NCBI GenBank assembly: GCA_963678065.2
Contig: CAXXVZ010000004.1
Span: forward strand, 640,001-704,000
Length of the DNA stretch: 64,000 nt
Origin: Treponemataceae bacterium
GTDB taxonomy: Bacteria > Spirochaetota > Spirochaetia > Treponematales > Rectinemataceae
Direction: 5' to 3'
The notes beneath the pieces are model-generated. The model saw only the letters and a list, made by a program, of their open reading frames with translations. It was not told where the DNA came from and searched no databases. Shown here one piece after another: positions 38,529 to 48,618 of this stretch (within the stretch, counting starts at the first letter, position 1; each line of letters begins with the position of its first letter). Position numbers and translations under genes: made by a program.

Positions 38529-39488
38529 ATGAATGAAATTCTGAAAACAATAGGAGAAATCGGGCTCGTGCCCGTCGTGAAGCTCGAGTCGGCCGAGGCG
38601 GCCGTCGGGCTCGGGAAGGCCCTCGTGGCCGGCGGCATCCCGATCGCCGAGGTGACCTTCCGCACGGCTGCCGCGCGCGATTCCATCGCGGCCATGACGG
38701 CCGAAGTTCCTGGACTCCTCGTGGGCGCAGGAACCGTCACCACCGTAGAACAGGCGAAGGCCGCCATCGACGCAGGGGCGAAATTCGCCGTGACTCCGGG
38801 TTTCAACGCGGCCGTCGTCGACTTCTGCATCGAGCGCGGCCTTCCCGTCCTCCCCGGCATCAGCGGAACGGAGGGCATCGAGAAAGGCATCGAGAAGGGA
38901 CTGTCCGTACTCAAATTCTTCCCGGCCGAGCCTTCGGGCGGCGTGGCCATGCTCGACGCCCTCGCCGGCCCTTACGCGAGCCTCAAGTTCGTCCCCACGG
39001 GCGGGATCGACGCCGCGAATCTCGCGAGCTACGCGAGACGTCCCCAGGTCCTCGCCGTCGGCGGTTCCTGGATGGTCAGGCCCGAGATGATCGCGGCCGG
39101 GGACTGGACCTCCATCGAAAGACTCTGCCGCGAGGCCGTCATGGCTCTCCACGGCTTCGGATTCGCCCACCTCGGCATCAACAGCGCGGATGAGGCCGCG
39201 GCGAGGAAGGCCGTCGACCTGTTCTCCGGCCTCTTCGGTTTCGCCGCGAAAGAAGGGAATTCCTCGATCATGGCGGGCGAAAGTCTCGAGATCATGAAGA
39301 GTCCCTTCCTCGGCGCCAGGGGGCACCTCGCCATCCGCTGCAACGATGTCGAACGCGCCGTCGCCCGATTCGCCGGAATGGGTATTGCCGTGAAAACCGA
39401 AACCGCTAAAATGGAAAAGGGCAGGATCAAGGCGGTCTACCTCGACATAGAGCTTGGCGGATTCGCCGTCCACCTCTTGAGGGCCTGA
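38529..39488 (+). CDS. kdgA: KDPG/KHG aldolase with an extra C-terminal domain
   Basis: AEVTFRT, GAGTV, LKFFPAE, PTGGI and AVGGSW, then about 110 extra residues. Confidence 0.9.
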   Translation: MNEILKTIGEIGLVPVVKLESAEAAVGLGKALVAGGIPIAEVTFRTAAARDSIAAMTAEVPGLLVGAGTVTTVEQAKAAIDAGAKFAVTPGFNAAVVDFCIERGLPVLPGISGTEGIEKGIEKGLSVLKFFPAEPSGGVAMLDALAGPYASLKFVPTGGIDAANLASYARRPQVLAVGGSWMVRPEMIAAGDWTSIERLCREAVMALHGFGFAHLGINSADEAAARKAVDLFSGLFGFAAKEGNSSIMAGESLEIMKSPFLGARGHLAIRCNDVERAVARFAGMGIAVKTETAKMEKGRIKAVYLDIELGGFAVHLLRA

Positions 39489-39574
39489 TCCGGCAAGGAT
39501 GGACGACAATCCGGGCCCGGGTACCCTGCCACGGACCCGACGGCGCGCAGGGCCGCCCGGAAAAAGGAGTGAGC

Positions 39575-41002
39575 ATGAACAAGCGCTATCCCGTAAAGAT
39601 CGTACAATTCGGCGAGGGAGTATTCCTCAGGGCCTTCATCGACTGGATGGTCCAGACCATGAACGATTCAGGCAGGTTCGAAGGCGGTGTCTGTGTCGCC
39701 AAACCCCGCCCCGGCGACTTCTCTCCGGCCTACGCCGCGCAGGGCATGCGCTATACGGTCTCGCTGAAAGGGCTTCTTGGCGGGAAACGGGTCGACAAAC
39801 GTCAGCGCATCGAGTGTCTGTCCGCGATGGTCAATCCCTACGCCGATTTCGATGGATGGCTCGCGCAGGCCGACAACCCCGATCTCGTCTGCGTCGTCTC
39901 CAACACCACCGAGTCGGGTATCGCCCCCTTCCCGGCCGACCGCGCCGAAGACAGGCCGGCCGCGTCCTTCCCCGGCAAACTGACCCAGTTCCTGCGCCGC
40001 CGATACGAGACCTTCGCGGGCGATCCGAAGCGCGGCCTCGTCGTCGTGCCCTGCGAGCTCATAGAGAGAAATTCCCAGATCCTGAAGGAACTCGTGCTCG
40101 GCCACGCGGCCCGCTGGTACAAGGACGCGGCCTTCGAGACCTGGCTCGCGGATGCGAACACCTGGGTCGACACCCTCGTCGATCGCATCGTCACCGGCTT
40201 CACTGAGGCCGAAAAGGCGCGCGTCCTCGCCGAGGAGGGGTTCGAGGACGACCTCGTCGCCGTGGCTGAACCCTACCACATCCTGGCTCTCCAGGGGCCG
40301 GAATCCCTCGAGTCCGTACTTCCGTTGCGCGCCTCGGGAGTGAACGCCGTCTGGGCGGCCGACATAAGCCCTTACCGGGATCTCAAGGTGCGCCTTCTCA
40401 ATGGAAGCCACACACTCATGACCATGCTCAGCCTCCCCCTCGGCGCTAAAGTCGTCCACGACGCCCTCGCGAACAAGCTCGTGATGGAGGTTCTTCGGGC
40501 CTACCAGAACGCCGAGACCATTCCCGTCATCACCCTGCCCAAGGATCAGTGCGAAGAGTATTTCGCATCGGTGCTCGAGCGATTCTCCAACCCCGACCTC
40601 GTCCACAAGCTCGAGGGTATCTCCGCCAAGTCCGTGGCCAAGTTCGGCGCGCGCATCATGCCGACCGTCCGCGGGCATTACGCGCGCACGGGCCGGCCTC
40701 CCGTGTTCGCAGGACTCGTCCTCGCCGCCCTCGCCTGGAGATACCTCCAGAACTTCGAAATTCCGGATGAACCCGCCGCGATCGCCCACTTCAGGACAAG
40801 GGCCGGACTCTTCGCCTCCGACCCCGCCGCGGCCATGGCTGAGCTTCTCGGCGCTTCCGGCCCCTGGGGCGACGTGAACGCCCAGGTCCCCGGGTTCGCC
40901 ACGGCGGCCGCCGCCAGCTTCGCCATCATCCGCAAGGACGGCTTCGAGGCGGCGATGCGGGAAGCCCTGGAGCGGGCGAGGGCGGAGAGAGAGACATGGT
41001 GA
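39575..41002 (+). CDS. uxaB: Tagaturonate reductase
   Basis: QFGEGxFLRAF, SNTTESGI, PCELI, LVDRIVTG and KVRLLNGSHT. Context with uxaA/uxaC. Confidence 0.88.
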   Translation: MNKRYPVKIVQFGEGVFLRAFIDWMVQTMNDSGRFEGGVCVAKPRPGDFSPAYAAQGMRYTVSLKGLLGGKRVDKRQRIECLSAMVNPYADFDGWLAQADNPDLVCVVSNTTESGIAPFPADRAEDRPAASFPGKLTQFLRRRYETFAGDPKRGLVVVPCELIERNSQILKELVLGHAARWYKDAAFETWLADANTWVDTLVDRIVTGFTEAEKARVLAEEGFEDDLVAVAEPYHILALQGPESLESVLPLRASGVNAVWAADISPYRDLKVRLLNGSHTLMTMLSLPLGAKVVHDALANKLVMEVLRAYQNAETIPVITLPKDQCEEYFASVLERFSNPDLVHKLEGISAKSVAKFGARIMPTVRGHYARTGRPPVFAGLVLAALAWRYLQNFEIPDEPAAIAHFRTRAGLFASDPAAAMAELLGASGPWGDVNAQVPGFATAAAASFAIIRKDGFEAAMREALERARAERETW

Positions 41003-42600
41003 GCCCCGAACGGGATGCGGCGGCCGGGACAGGGACGGACGCGAAGGGCGCGCGTGCCCCCGCCGGGCCTTCGATCGTGGCGCCAGCCCTTCTCATCCGC
41101 CTCGACGAGCGCGACACGGTCGCCGTCACTCCCGCCGACCTGGAGGCAGGAAGGTCCGCCGCAGTGCCGGGCGAAGCGGCCGTCATCCTCAGGCAATCGG
41201 TTAAAAAGGGCCACAAGGTCGCCCTCCTTCCCATCGCCCGCGGCGCGGCCGTCGTAAAATACGGTCACCCCATCGGGCGCGCCACCGCCGACATCGGCGC
41301 GGGCGACTGGGTCCACGTCCACAACCTCGCCTCCGGCATCTCCGGCGAGCTCGACTACGGCGAGGCGCCCACGCGCCCGGCGGCAATCCCGGAGCAGGTC
41401 TTCCCCGCGGAGCTTCCCGCCGAATTCATGGGCTACCGCCGCGAGGACGGGCTCGTCGGCGTACGCAACCAGATCTGGATCATACCCACGGTCGGCTGCG
41501 TGAACGGCGTGGCCGGGCGCGTCGCGGCCGCCGGGAACAGAGCCTTTGGCGCGGCCGCAGGCGGCAGGGAGGGCGTCGATCTGATCGCCCTCACCCACCC
41601 CTACGGCTGCTCACAGCTCGGGGACGACCTCGCCCACACACGGCGCATACTCGCATCCCTCGCGCGGCACCCGAACGCCGGCGGCGTCCTCGTCCTGGGC
41701 CTGGGCTGCGAAAACAACCTGATCGACGATTTCCTGGCAGAAATCGGTCCCCGCCCCGGAGGCTCGATCGAGGCGATCAGACTTCAGGACGTCGGCGACG
41801 AGATCGAGGCGGCCATGCTGGCGCTCGGGCGGCTCGCGAGCTACGCCTCGGGGTTCAAACGAGAGAAGATGCCAGCCTCGGAGCTCGTGATCGGCCTCAA
41901 GTGCGGTGGCTCCGACGGCTTCTCCGGCATCACGGCCAACCCCATGGTCGGCAGGATATCCGACCTCGTCGTGGCGGCCGGCGGCTCGGCCCTCCTCACC
42001 GAGGTCCCCGAGATGTTCGGCGCGGAGGACAACCTCCTCGACCGCGCGGCCTCGACCGAGGTCTGGAAATCGACGGTCGACATGGTCAATCACTGGAAGG
42101 CCTACTTTCTGGGCCACGGCCAGGGCAGCCACGAGAACCCCTCTCCGGGCAACCGCGAGGGCGGCATCACGACGATCGAAGAGAAATCCCTGGGCTGCGT
42201 GCGCAAGGCCGGCACGACGACGGTGGTCGACGTCGTGCCTTACGGCGGAAGGCGGAAGCTCCGCGGCCTCTCGCTCGTTTCGGGGCCTGGCAACGACCTC
42301 GTGTCGAGCACGGCCCTCGCCGCGGCGGGAGCTCAGCTCGTCATCTTCACGACCGGCAGGGGAACGCCCTTCGGTTCCGTCGTGCCGACCATCAAGGTAT
42401 CCACCACGACTGCGCTGGCCGGCCGCAAACCGGGCTGGATCGACTGGGACTCGGGCCCTCTCCTCGACGGAGCTGAGGCCGGAACCCTGGCGGCCGGCCT
42501 CTGGCGGGCCGTCATCGATACAGCCTCCGGCGATGCCACGAAGAGCGAGACCTCTGGCTACAGAGAGATAGCGATTTTCAAGGACGGAGTGACGCTGTAA
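40996..42600 (+). CDS. uxaA: Altronate dehydratase
   Basis: SAF domain (GHKVAL..KYG..IG..VHVHN), HPYGCSQLG, KCGGSDG, ENPSPGN and FTTGRGTP. Confidence 0.93.
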   Translation: MVSPERDAAAGTGTDAKGARAPAGPSIVAPALLIRLDERDTVAVTPADLEAGRSAAVPGEAAVILRQSVKKGHKVALLPIARGAAVVKYGHPIGRATADIGAGDWVHVHNLASGISGELDYGEAPTRPAAIPEQVFPAELPAEFMGYRREDGLVGVRNQIWIIPTVGCVNGVAGRVAAAGNRAFGAAAGGREGVDLIALTHPYGCSQLGDDLAHTRRILASLARHPNAGGVLVLGLGCENNLIDDFLAEIGPRPGGSIEAIRLQDVGDEIEAAMLALGRLASYASGFKREKMPASELVIGLKCGGSDGFSGITANPMVGRISDLVVAAGGSALLTEVPEMFGAEDNLLDRAASTEVWKSTVDMVNHWKAYFLGHGQGSHENPSPGNREGGITTIEEKSLGCVRKAGTTTVVDVVPYGGRRKLRGLSLVSGPGNDLVSSTALAAAGAQLVIFTTGRGTPFGSVVPTIKVSTTTALAGRKPGWIDWDSGPLLDGAEAGTLAAGLWRAVIDTASGDATKSETSGYREIAIFKDGVTL

Positions 42601-42641
42601 GGTCCTGCAGGACCGCAGTTCCGTCCGGGGGAGAAAGACAG

Positions 42642-44066
42642 ATGAAAGCATTCATGGACGAAGATTTCCTCCTGAACACCGACGCCGCGCGCCGGCTCTA
42701 CCACGACTACGCCGAAGGCAGGCCCATCATCGACTTCCACTGCCACCTGCCTCCGGCCGCCATAGCGGACAACGCGAAATTCTCGAGCCTCGCTGAGGCC
42801 TGGCTCGGCGGTGACCACTACAAGTGGCGCGCGATGAGATCCAACGGCGTTCCCGAGGAGCTGGTGACCGGACCATCGCCCTGGGATGCCAGGTTCGAGG
42901 CCTGGGCGGGCACCGTACCCAAGCTCATCGGGAACCCTCTCTACCACTGGACGCATCTCGAGCTGAAGCGCTATTTCGGGATCGACGCGGTGCTCAATCC
43001 CGCGAACGCGCGGGAAATCCGCGAAAAATGCGACGCGACCCTCGCAGGCCCGGGCTATTCCGTCCGCGAACTCCTCTCGCGCATGAACGTGGCGGCGGTC
43101 TGCACGACGGACGACCCCGCGGACGACCTCGCGCACCACAAGTCCTACGCCCTCTCCCGCGGCTCCGGAGACTGCGTGATGGTTCCGTGTTTCCGCCCCG
43201 ACAAGGCCATGAACGCCGACAACCCCGCCGTCTGGAACGAGTACATCGGCAGGCTGGAAAAGACTTCCGGCGTCGCGATCTCGACATGGGGCGACCTCGC
43301 CCACGCCTTGGAGAAGAGGCACACGGTCTTCCACGAGGAAGGCTGCCGTCTCTCCGATCACGCTCTCGAGGTCCCCGTCGCCGAGGCAGCCGCGGGCTCC
43401 GAACTCAACCGACTCGTCGCGAGCCTCCGCGCGGGGACTACGCCGACCCTCCACGAAGCCGACAGGCTCCGCACCGCCGTCCTCTCCCTCGTCGGACGGC
43501 TCGACGAGGAGCGAGGCTGGACCATGCAGCTCCACATGGGCGCCATCCGCAACCTCAACTCCCGCATGTTCGCGAAACTCGGCCCCGACACAGGCTACGA
43601 CGCCATCGCCGACGGCATCGCCGCCAAGCCCCTCGCCCGCTTCCTCGACATGCTCGACCGCGAAGGCCAGCTGCCGGCGACCATCCTCTACACGCTCAAC
43701 CCGAACTGGAACGACATGCTCGGCACCATCATGGGCGCCTTCCAGGATGGATCGATACCCGGCAAGATGCAGTTCGGCTCGGCCTGGTGGTTCAACGACC
43801 AGCTCGACGGCATGCGCGCCCAGATGACGAGCCTCGCCAACATGGGCCTCCTGTCGCGCTTCGTCGGCATGCTCACCGATTCCCGCTCCTTCCTCTCCTT
43901 CCCGAGGCACGAGTACTTCCGCAGACTGCTCTGCTCCATCATCGGCGACTGGGTCGAGCGGGGCGAGGCTCCCGCTGACTACGAGCTCCTCGGAGGCATG
44001 GTCGAAGACATAAGCTGGCGCAACGCGGCGAGGCGCTTCGCCATCCCCGGCGTCGCCCTGCCGTAA
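42642..44066 (+). CDS. uxaC: Uronate isomerase
   Basis: IIDFHCHL, GDHYKWRAMR, GNPLYHWTHLEL, GSAWWFND and TDSRSFLSFPRHEYFRR. Confidence 0.96.
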   Translation: MKAFMDEDFLLNTDAARRLYHDYAEGRPIIDFHCHLPPAAIADNAKFSSLAEAWLGGDHYKWRAMRSNGVPEELVTGPSPWDARFEAWAGTVPKLIGNPLYHWTHLELKRYFGIDAVLNPANAREIREKCDATLAGPGYSVRELLSRMNVAAVCTTDDPADDLAHHKSYALSRGSGDCVMVPCFRPDKAMNADNPAVWNEYIGRLEKTSGVAISTWGDLAHALEKRHTVFHEEGCRLSDHALEVPVAEAAAGSELNRLVASLRAGTTPTLHEADRLRTAVLSLVGRLDEERGWTMQLHMGAIRNLNSRMFAKLGPDTGYDAIADGIAAKPLARFLDMLDREGQLPATILYTLNPNWNDMLGTIMGAFQDGSIPGKMQFGSAWWFNDQLDGMRAQMTSLANMGLLSRFVGMLTDSRSFLSFPRHEYFRRLLCSIIGDWVERGEAPADYELLGGMVEDISWRNAARRFAIPGVALP

Positions 44067-44252
44067 GCGCCTTTTCCAGGCCGCCCTTCCTGGCGTCGCT
44101 CTTCCACAAACTGGCGTCGTCAGGAACGGGGCTGCTTGAGTCTGATCCGCCGATCCGGCGGTATTCCGATCCGGTTGACAGGGGCGATCGCCGGATACTA
44201 TGTTTTTCCGCGTCCTGAAATTAATCGAGAACGAGAAAGAGAGAATCTTCCG

Positions 44253-45539
44253 ATGATGACTACCGCCATTATCCTGTTCGCTCTGACCTACGCGGCCCTC
44301 ATGGCTTTCCCGAAGTATCGCGCCTACATAGCGATCTTCTCCGCCTTCATCTTTGTCGTCTCAGGCATCCTGCCCGTCGGCGAAGTGATCGGTGCCGTGG
44401 ACTGGAACGTCATCATGATGATTGCGGGGACGATGGGCATCGTCTACCTGTTCATAGAGTCCAACATGCCGGCGCTTCTCGCCGACCTGATCATCGAGAA
44501 GATGCCGAACGTCAAATGGGCGATAATCGCGCTGTCGCTCTTCGCAGGCATCATTTCCGCCTTTGTCGACAATGTCGCCACCGTCCTCATGGTCGCCCCG
44601 GTCGCGGTCACCATCTCGAAAAAACTCAAAATCTCCCCGGTCGCCAGCATCATCGCCATCGCCATTTCCTCCAACCTCCAGGGTGCCGCCACCCTGGTCG
44701 GCGACACGACATCCATCCTGCTCGGCGGGCACGCGGGCATGAATTTCCTGGACTTTTTCGTCTACAAAGGCAAGCCGGGGATGTTCTGGGTAGTCCAAGC
44801 GGGCGCCCTAGCCTCCATGTTCGTTCTGGTGTACCTCTTCCGCAAGGACAGGGAGCCCATCAATGCTCTGGAGCGCACCGTCGTCACGGACTATTTTCCC
44901 ACAGTCCTCCTCGTCGGCACCGTACTTCTCCTGATTCTGGCCTCCCTTGTTCCGAAGGAATCGATTCCCCTCTTCATCACCAGCCACATCAACGGACTCA
45001 TCTGCCTGGGTCTGATGGTGCTCGGCTTTCTCTACGATATCGCGACGACGAGGAGCACCAAGACCGTCCTCAGCGCGATCAAGGAGATCGACTACTTCAC
45101 CCTGCTTCTGCTCGCCGGACTGTTCGTCGTCATCGCGGGCATCTCCAGGGCCGGCGTGGTGGACGAGATAAGCGCGGTCTTCGTCAGGTTGAGCGGGAAC
45201 AACGTGTTCGTCATCTACACCCTGATCGTGTGGGTATCCGTCATCCTCTCGGCCTTCATCGACAACATTCCCTATGTGGCCACGATGCTCCCGGTGGCGA
45301 CCGGCATCGCCGCCCAACTCGGCATAGATCCGACTCTGATCTATTTCGGACTGATGGTGGGAGCCACCCTCGGCGGCAACCTGACGCCCATTGGCGCGTC
45401 GGCCAACATCGCCGGACTCGGAATCCTCCGGAAGGAAGGCTACGAGGTGAAGGCGACGCAGTTCATGAAGATCAGCGTGCCCTTCACTCTCGCCGCCGTG
45501 ACCTCGGGATATCTCCTGGTCTGGCTGATCTGGGCCTAG
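44253..45539 (+). CDS. ArsB/NhaD (SLC13/CitMHS-like) ion permease
   Basis: ISAFVDNV, NLQGAATLVGD, SAFIDNIPY and GGNLTPIGASAN. About 12 TMs. Confidence 0.85.
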   Translation: MMTTAIILFALTYAALMAFPKYRAYIAIFSAFIFVVSGILPVGEVIGAVDWNVIMMIAGTMGIVYLFIESNMPALLADLIIEKMPNVKWAIIALSLFAGIISAFVDNVATVLMVAPVAVTISKKLKISPVASIIAIAISSNLQGAATLVGDTTSILLGGHAGMNFLDFFVYKGKPGMFWVVQAGALASMFVLVYLFRKDREPINALERTVVTDYFPTVLLVGTVLLLILASLVPKESIPLFITSHINGLICLGLMVLGFLYDIATTRSTKTVLSAIKEIDYFTLLLLAGLFVVIAGISRAGVVDEISAVFVRLSGNNVFVIYTLIVWVSVILSAFIDNIPYVATMLPVATGIAAQLGIDPTLIYFGLMVGATLGGNLTPIGASANIAGLGILRKEGYEVKATQFMKISVPFTLAAVTSGYLLVWLIWA

Positions 45540-45583
45540 CCGGGACTCATTCCCGCCGTCCGGCAGATCGGCGAATCCAGGAT

Positions 45584-45607
45584 GCCCGGGGAAACCCGGG
45601 CGTTTTT
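45584..45607 (+). terminator. Intrinsic terminator between the convergent permeases
   Basis: GCCCGGG-GAAA-CCCGGGC-GTTTTT. Confidence 0.75.
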
Positions 45608-45616
45608 ATTTACAGT

Positions 45617-46897
45617 TTAAGAGTTGACAGACCAGTATGTAAAAGCGGCAGCGGCGGCGGTCGTCACGAGTGTGAACGGAACGCCGATCTTGACCCAGTC
45701 CATGAATGTAACTTTTCTCCCCTCCTTCTTGACGAGGCCGACTGCCACCACATTGGCCGAGGCGCCGAAGGGCGTCAGGTTGCCGCCGAGGCATGAGCCG
45801 ATGAGGAGGCCGAACATGAAGAGCTCGGGCGCAAGGCCGAGGGACTTCGCGAGCTTGTCGGCGACCGGCAGCATGGCGATGATGTAGGGAACATTGTCCA
45901 CGAAGCCGGACACGAGGACGGAAACAGAGACGATGACGATGAAACCGAGCACCGCGTTGTTCCCGATGAAGCCGCCGAGGATCCGCGCGAGATCGTCGAG
46001 AAGGCCGACTTCGGTGATCGTACCGACGACGATGAAGATGCCGATCAGGAAGAGGATGGTGTCCCAGTCGAGGCTCCTGACGAGCTTCATGGCCGCGCTG
46101 GGCTTCTCCTTGCGGATGAACACGTACCAGGCGAGGCCTATCGCTCCGAGACCGAGACAGAAGAAGCCTGAACCGATATGTAGGCCGCCTGAAGACAGGA
46201 AGGAGATGGCGGCGAGTCCTCCGATCATGCCCGCAAGGAGGATGGTCGGAACCCAAGAGACGATCTTCTCGTTCGGCAGGTCGATGTGTATCTTCTTGAG
46301 ATTCCGGAAATATCCGTAGAAATAAAGGGCGCCGACGATGGCCCCAACCTGCACGGAGAAGAATATGGAGAGCTTGCCGGCATGGACGAAGAAATCGTTG
46401 AAGGAGTAGCCGGCGAAACTCGCGAAGATCATGGAGGGAGGATCGCCGACGAGGGTGGCCGTGCCCTGGAGGTTGGCCATGACGGCGAGTCCGATCATGA
46501 AGGGAGTCGGATCGAGTTTGAGGCGCCTCGAGATCTCCAGTGCGATCGGCGCCATGACGAGGACCGTGGCCACATTCTCGACGAAGGCCGAGATGAGTCC
46601 GGTGATGATGAGAATCGCGACGATCGCTATCCCGAGGGTCGGAGATTTTTCCACGACCTTGTCGGATATCCAGGCGGGAACCTTCGAATAGATGAAGAGG
46701 TCGGCGATGACAAGGCTCCCGATGTAGATCATGAGAATGTTCCAGTTCACGAGTTCGGTGATCGCCTTCTCGAAGCCGACAGCTCCGATCACGAGGAATA
46801 CCGCGGATGTGGCGAGGGCTATCCAGGATTTTCTGTGCGAAAACGCGATCACAAGCCCATACATTACGAGAGTAAGGACGAGTACGAAAATTTTCAT
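45617..46897 (-). CDS. ArsB/NhaD (SLC13/CitMHS-like) ion permease, riboswitch-controlled
   Basis: ISAFVENV, NLQGTATLVGDPP, SGFVDNVPY and GGNLTPFGASAN. GGAGG RBS. Confidence 0.85.
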   Translation of the reverse strand: MKIFVLVLTLVMYGLVIAFSHRKSWIALATSAVFLVIGAVGFEKAITELVNWNILMIYIGSLVIADLFIYSKVPAWISDKVVEKSPTLGIAIVAILIITGLISAFVENVATVLVMAPIALEISRRLKLDPTPFMIGLAVMANLQGTATLVGDPPSMIFASFAGYSFNDFFVHAGKLSIFFSVQVGAIVGALYFYGYFRNLKKIHIDLPNEKIVSWVPTILLAGMIGGLAAISFLSSGGLHIGSGFFCLGLGAIGLAWYVFIRKEKPSAAMKLVRSLDWDTILFLIGIFIVVGTITEVGLLDDLARILGGFIGNNAVLGFIVIVSVSVLVSGFVDNVPYIIAMLPVADKLAKSLGLAPELFMFGLLIGSCLGGNLTPFGASANVVAVGLVKKEGRKVTFMDWVKIGVPFTLVTTAAAAAFTYWSVNS

Positions 46898-46969
46898 GCG
46901 CGTAGCCTCCAGCTGCCGGACGGATTCGCGAAACGCTGCGGCGCCATCCAGCGAATCCGTCATGCAGAT

Positions 46970-47015
46970 AAAAAAATGGCGAGACCGTACGGACACCGCC
47001 CGTACAGTCTCGCCA
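46970..47015 (-). terminator. Riboswitch expression-platform terminator
   Basis: TGGCGAGACTGTACGG...CCGTACGGTCTCGCCA followed by T7. Its 5' arm is the 3' strand of the aptamer. Confidence 0.85.
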
Positions 47016-47124
47016 ATCCTTTATCAGGATCAGAAGGGCCGGGATGCGGGGATGATTCACATCTTCGCATCCGTGCTGACGACCCATTCTTCCGCCTCTC
47101 CGGCGGCAGGCTACTCCCTGTTAC
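47002..47124 (-). ncRNA. yybP-ykoY (Mn2+-sensing) riboswitch
   Basis: The minus strand reads GTAACAGGGAGTAG...GGTCGTCAGCACG...CCGGCC...TGGCGAGACTGTAC, with the GGGAGUAG, GUCAnnAC and GGCRAGAC elements. Overlapping terminator and upstream promoter present. Confidence 0.85.
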
Positions 47125-47131
47125 TCTAAAA

Positions 47132-47160
47132 AAACTACCACGCAATCGGCAATCACGCAA
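47132..47160 (-). promoter_or_regulatory. Sigma70-type promoter for the yybP-ykoY leader
   Basis: TTGCGT-N17-TAGTTT. The predicted start (~47125) matches the 5' end of the aptamer. Confidence 0.6.
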
Positions 47161-47310
47161 GCTATATTCCGTTTTTTCTATACACACATCCGCATCGTTC
47201 CCGGCCGCGTGCGCAGGACGAAAAACCTTTCATGATCTGACCATCCTTGACCGGCTCCACGGCGTTGTCACTGGCCGGACAAGTCAGCCCGTCGTGTTCA
47301 TACGTCGCTC

Positions 47311-48618
47311 CTAGCGAAGGAACAATTTCGGTAACCCCAAGGTCAGGAACGGCACGAAGGTAACCAGGAGGAGACCGACCACCATCACCCCGAACATCGG
47401 CAGCATCTTTACCGCAGTACGTTCGATAGGCGTCTTGCCGATCGCGCAGCCCACGAACAGGGCGCTGCCGACGGGCGGAGTACAGAGGCCGACGGCGAGG
47501 TTGAAGATGAGCATGATGCCGAATTGTACTGGATCCATGCCGATGACAGGGCCCGTTACCACTGGCATCAGTATCGGAGTCATGATCAGGATGAGCGGCG
47601 CCATGTCCATGAAGCATCCCAGGAACAGGAGCAGCGCGTTAATGATGAGCAACAGCAGGGTCCGGTTGTTGGTGAGGCCGATCAAACCCATGGTGATGGC
47701 GTCCGGAATGTGCAGGAGAGTCATCATGTAGGCGAAGGACTTCGCCGCGGCGATGAGCGTGAGCACGATGGCGAGGGTCTTGAGCGTGTTCTTCAATACC
47801 TTGCCCATGCTTTTGATCGGCGAGGAACGGAAAATGACGTAGGTCAGGAGGAAGGTGTACACGCAGGCGATGGCGGCGGATTCCGTAGCGGTGAAGATGC
47901 CGGCGGCGACTCCCACCATGATGATGATGAGAATGAACATCGGCAGGATGGCGTTCACCACGATCTTGAGCCGCTGCCCCTTGGGGACGGGATCGCAGCG
48001 CGGGAATTTATATTTTTTTGACATGAAAAAACACAAGATCATCAGCCCGAAGCCCAGCATCACTCCGGGGATGAGACCTCCGAGGAAGAGATTGGCGATC
48101 TGTCCCCCGATGCCGGCTGCCAGGGCGTAGATTATCATGTTGTGGCTCGGCGGGATCAGGACGCCCTGACAAGCCGTGGTCACGGTGAGGCCGACCGCGA
48201 AATCCTCGTCGTAGCCCTGCTCAACCATCATCGGGATGACGATCGAGCCCAGGGAGGAGACGTCGGCTACGGCCGAGCCCGAAATGCCGCCGAAGAACAT
48301 GGAGTCGACGCAGTTGATGTAGGCAAGCCCCCCACGGAAGCGGCCTACGAGGAGATTGGCCAGGTCGACGATCTTCCTGGAAATACCCCCCTCACCCATG
48401 ATCTCGCCCATGGCGATGAAAAACGGTATGGCCAGAAGGGTGAAGCTGTCGATCCCCTTGACCATCTGCTGCACGAGCGTCGACAGTCCCTGACCGTAGG
48501 ATAGCGCGCTGAGCACCGCGGAGAGCAGCAGCGTGAAGGCGATGGGGACGCGGATGACCATAAGCACGATGAAGCTGCCCAGCAACACGATCGTCGCGAT
48601 AACGCTATTGTCGATCAT
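47311..48618 (-). CDS. TRAP transporter large permease (DctM)
   Basis: LLAIPFF, FGGISGSAVAD, LIPPSH, TATES and GLCTPPVG. Confidence 0.93.
   Translation of the reverse strand: MIDNSVIATIVLLGSFIVLMVIRVPIAFTLLLSAVLSALSYGQGLSTLVQQMVKGIDSFTLLAIPFFIAMGEIMGEGGISRKIVDLANLLVGRFRGGLAYINCVDSMFFGGISGSAVADVSSLGSIVIPMMVEQGYDEDFAVGLTVTTACQGVLIPPSHNMIIYALAAGIGGQIANLFLGGLIPGVMLGFGLMILCFFMSKKYKFPRCDPVPKGQRLKIVVNAILPMFILIIIMVGVAAGIFTATESAAIACVYTFLLTYVIFRSSPIKSMGKVLKNTLKTLAIVLTLIAAAKSFAYMMTLLHIPDAITMGLIGLTNNRTLLLLIINALLLFLGCFMDMAPLILIMTPILMPVVTGPVIGMDPVQFGIMLIFNLAVGLCTPPVGSALFVGCAIGKTPIERTAVKMLPMFGVMVVGLLLVTFVPFLTLGLPKLFLR

Noticed and set aside
44067..44252. Second yybP-ykoY riboswitch before the plus-strand permease
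   Set aside because: No GGGAGTAG or GGCRAGAC elements; only a TTGACA-type promoter candidate.
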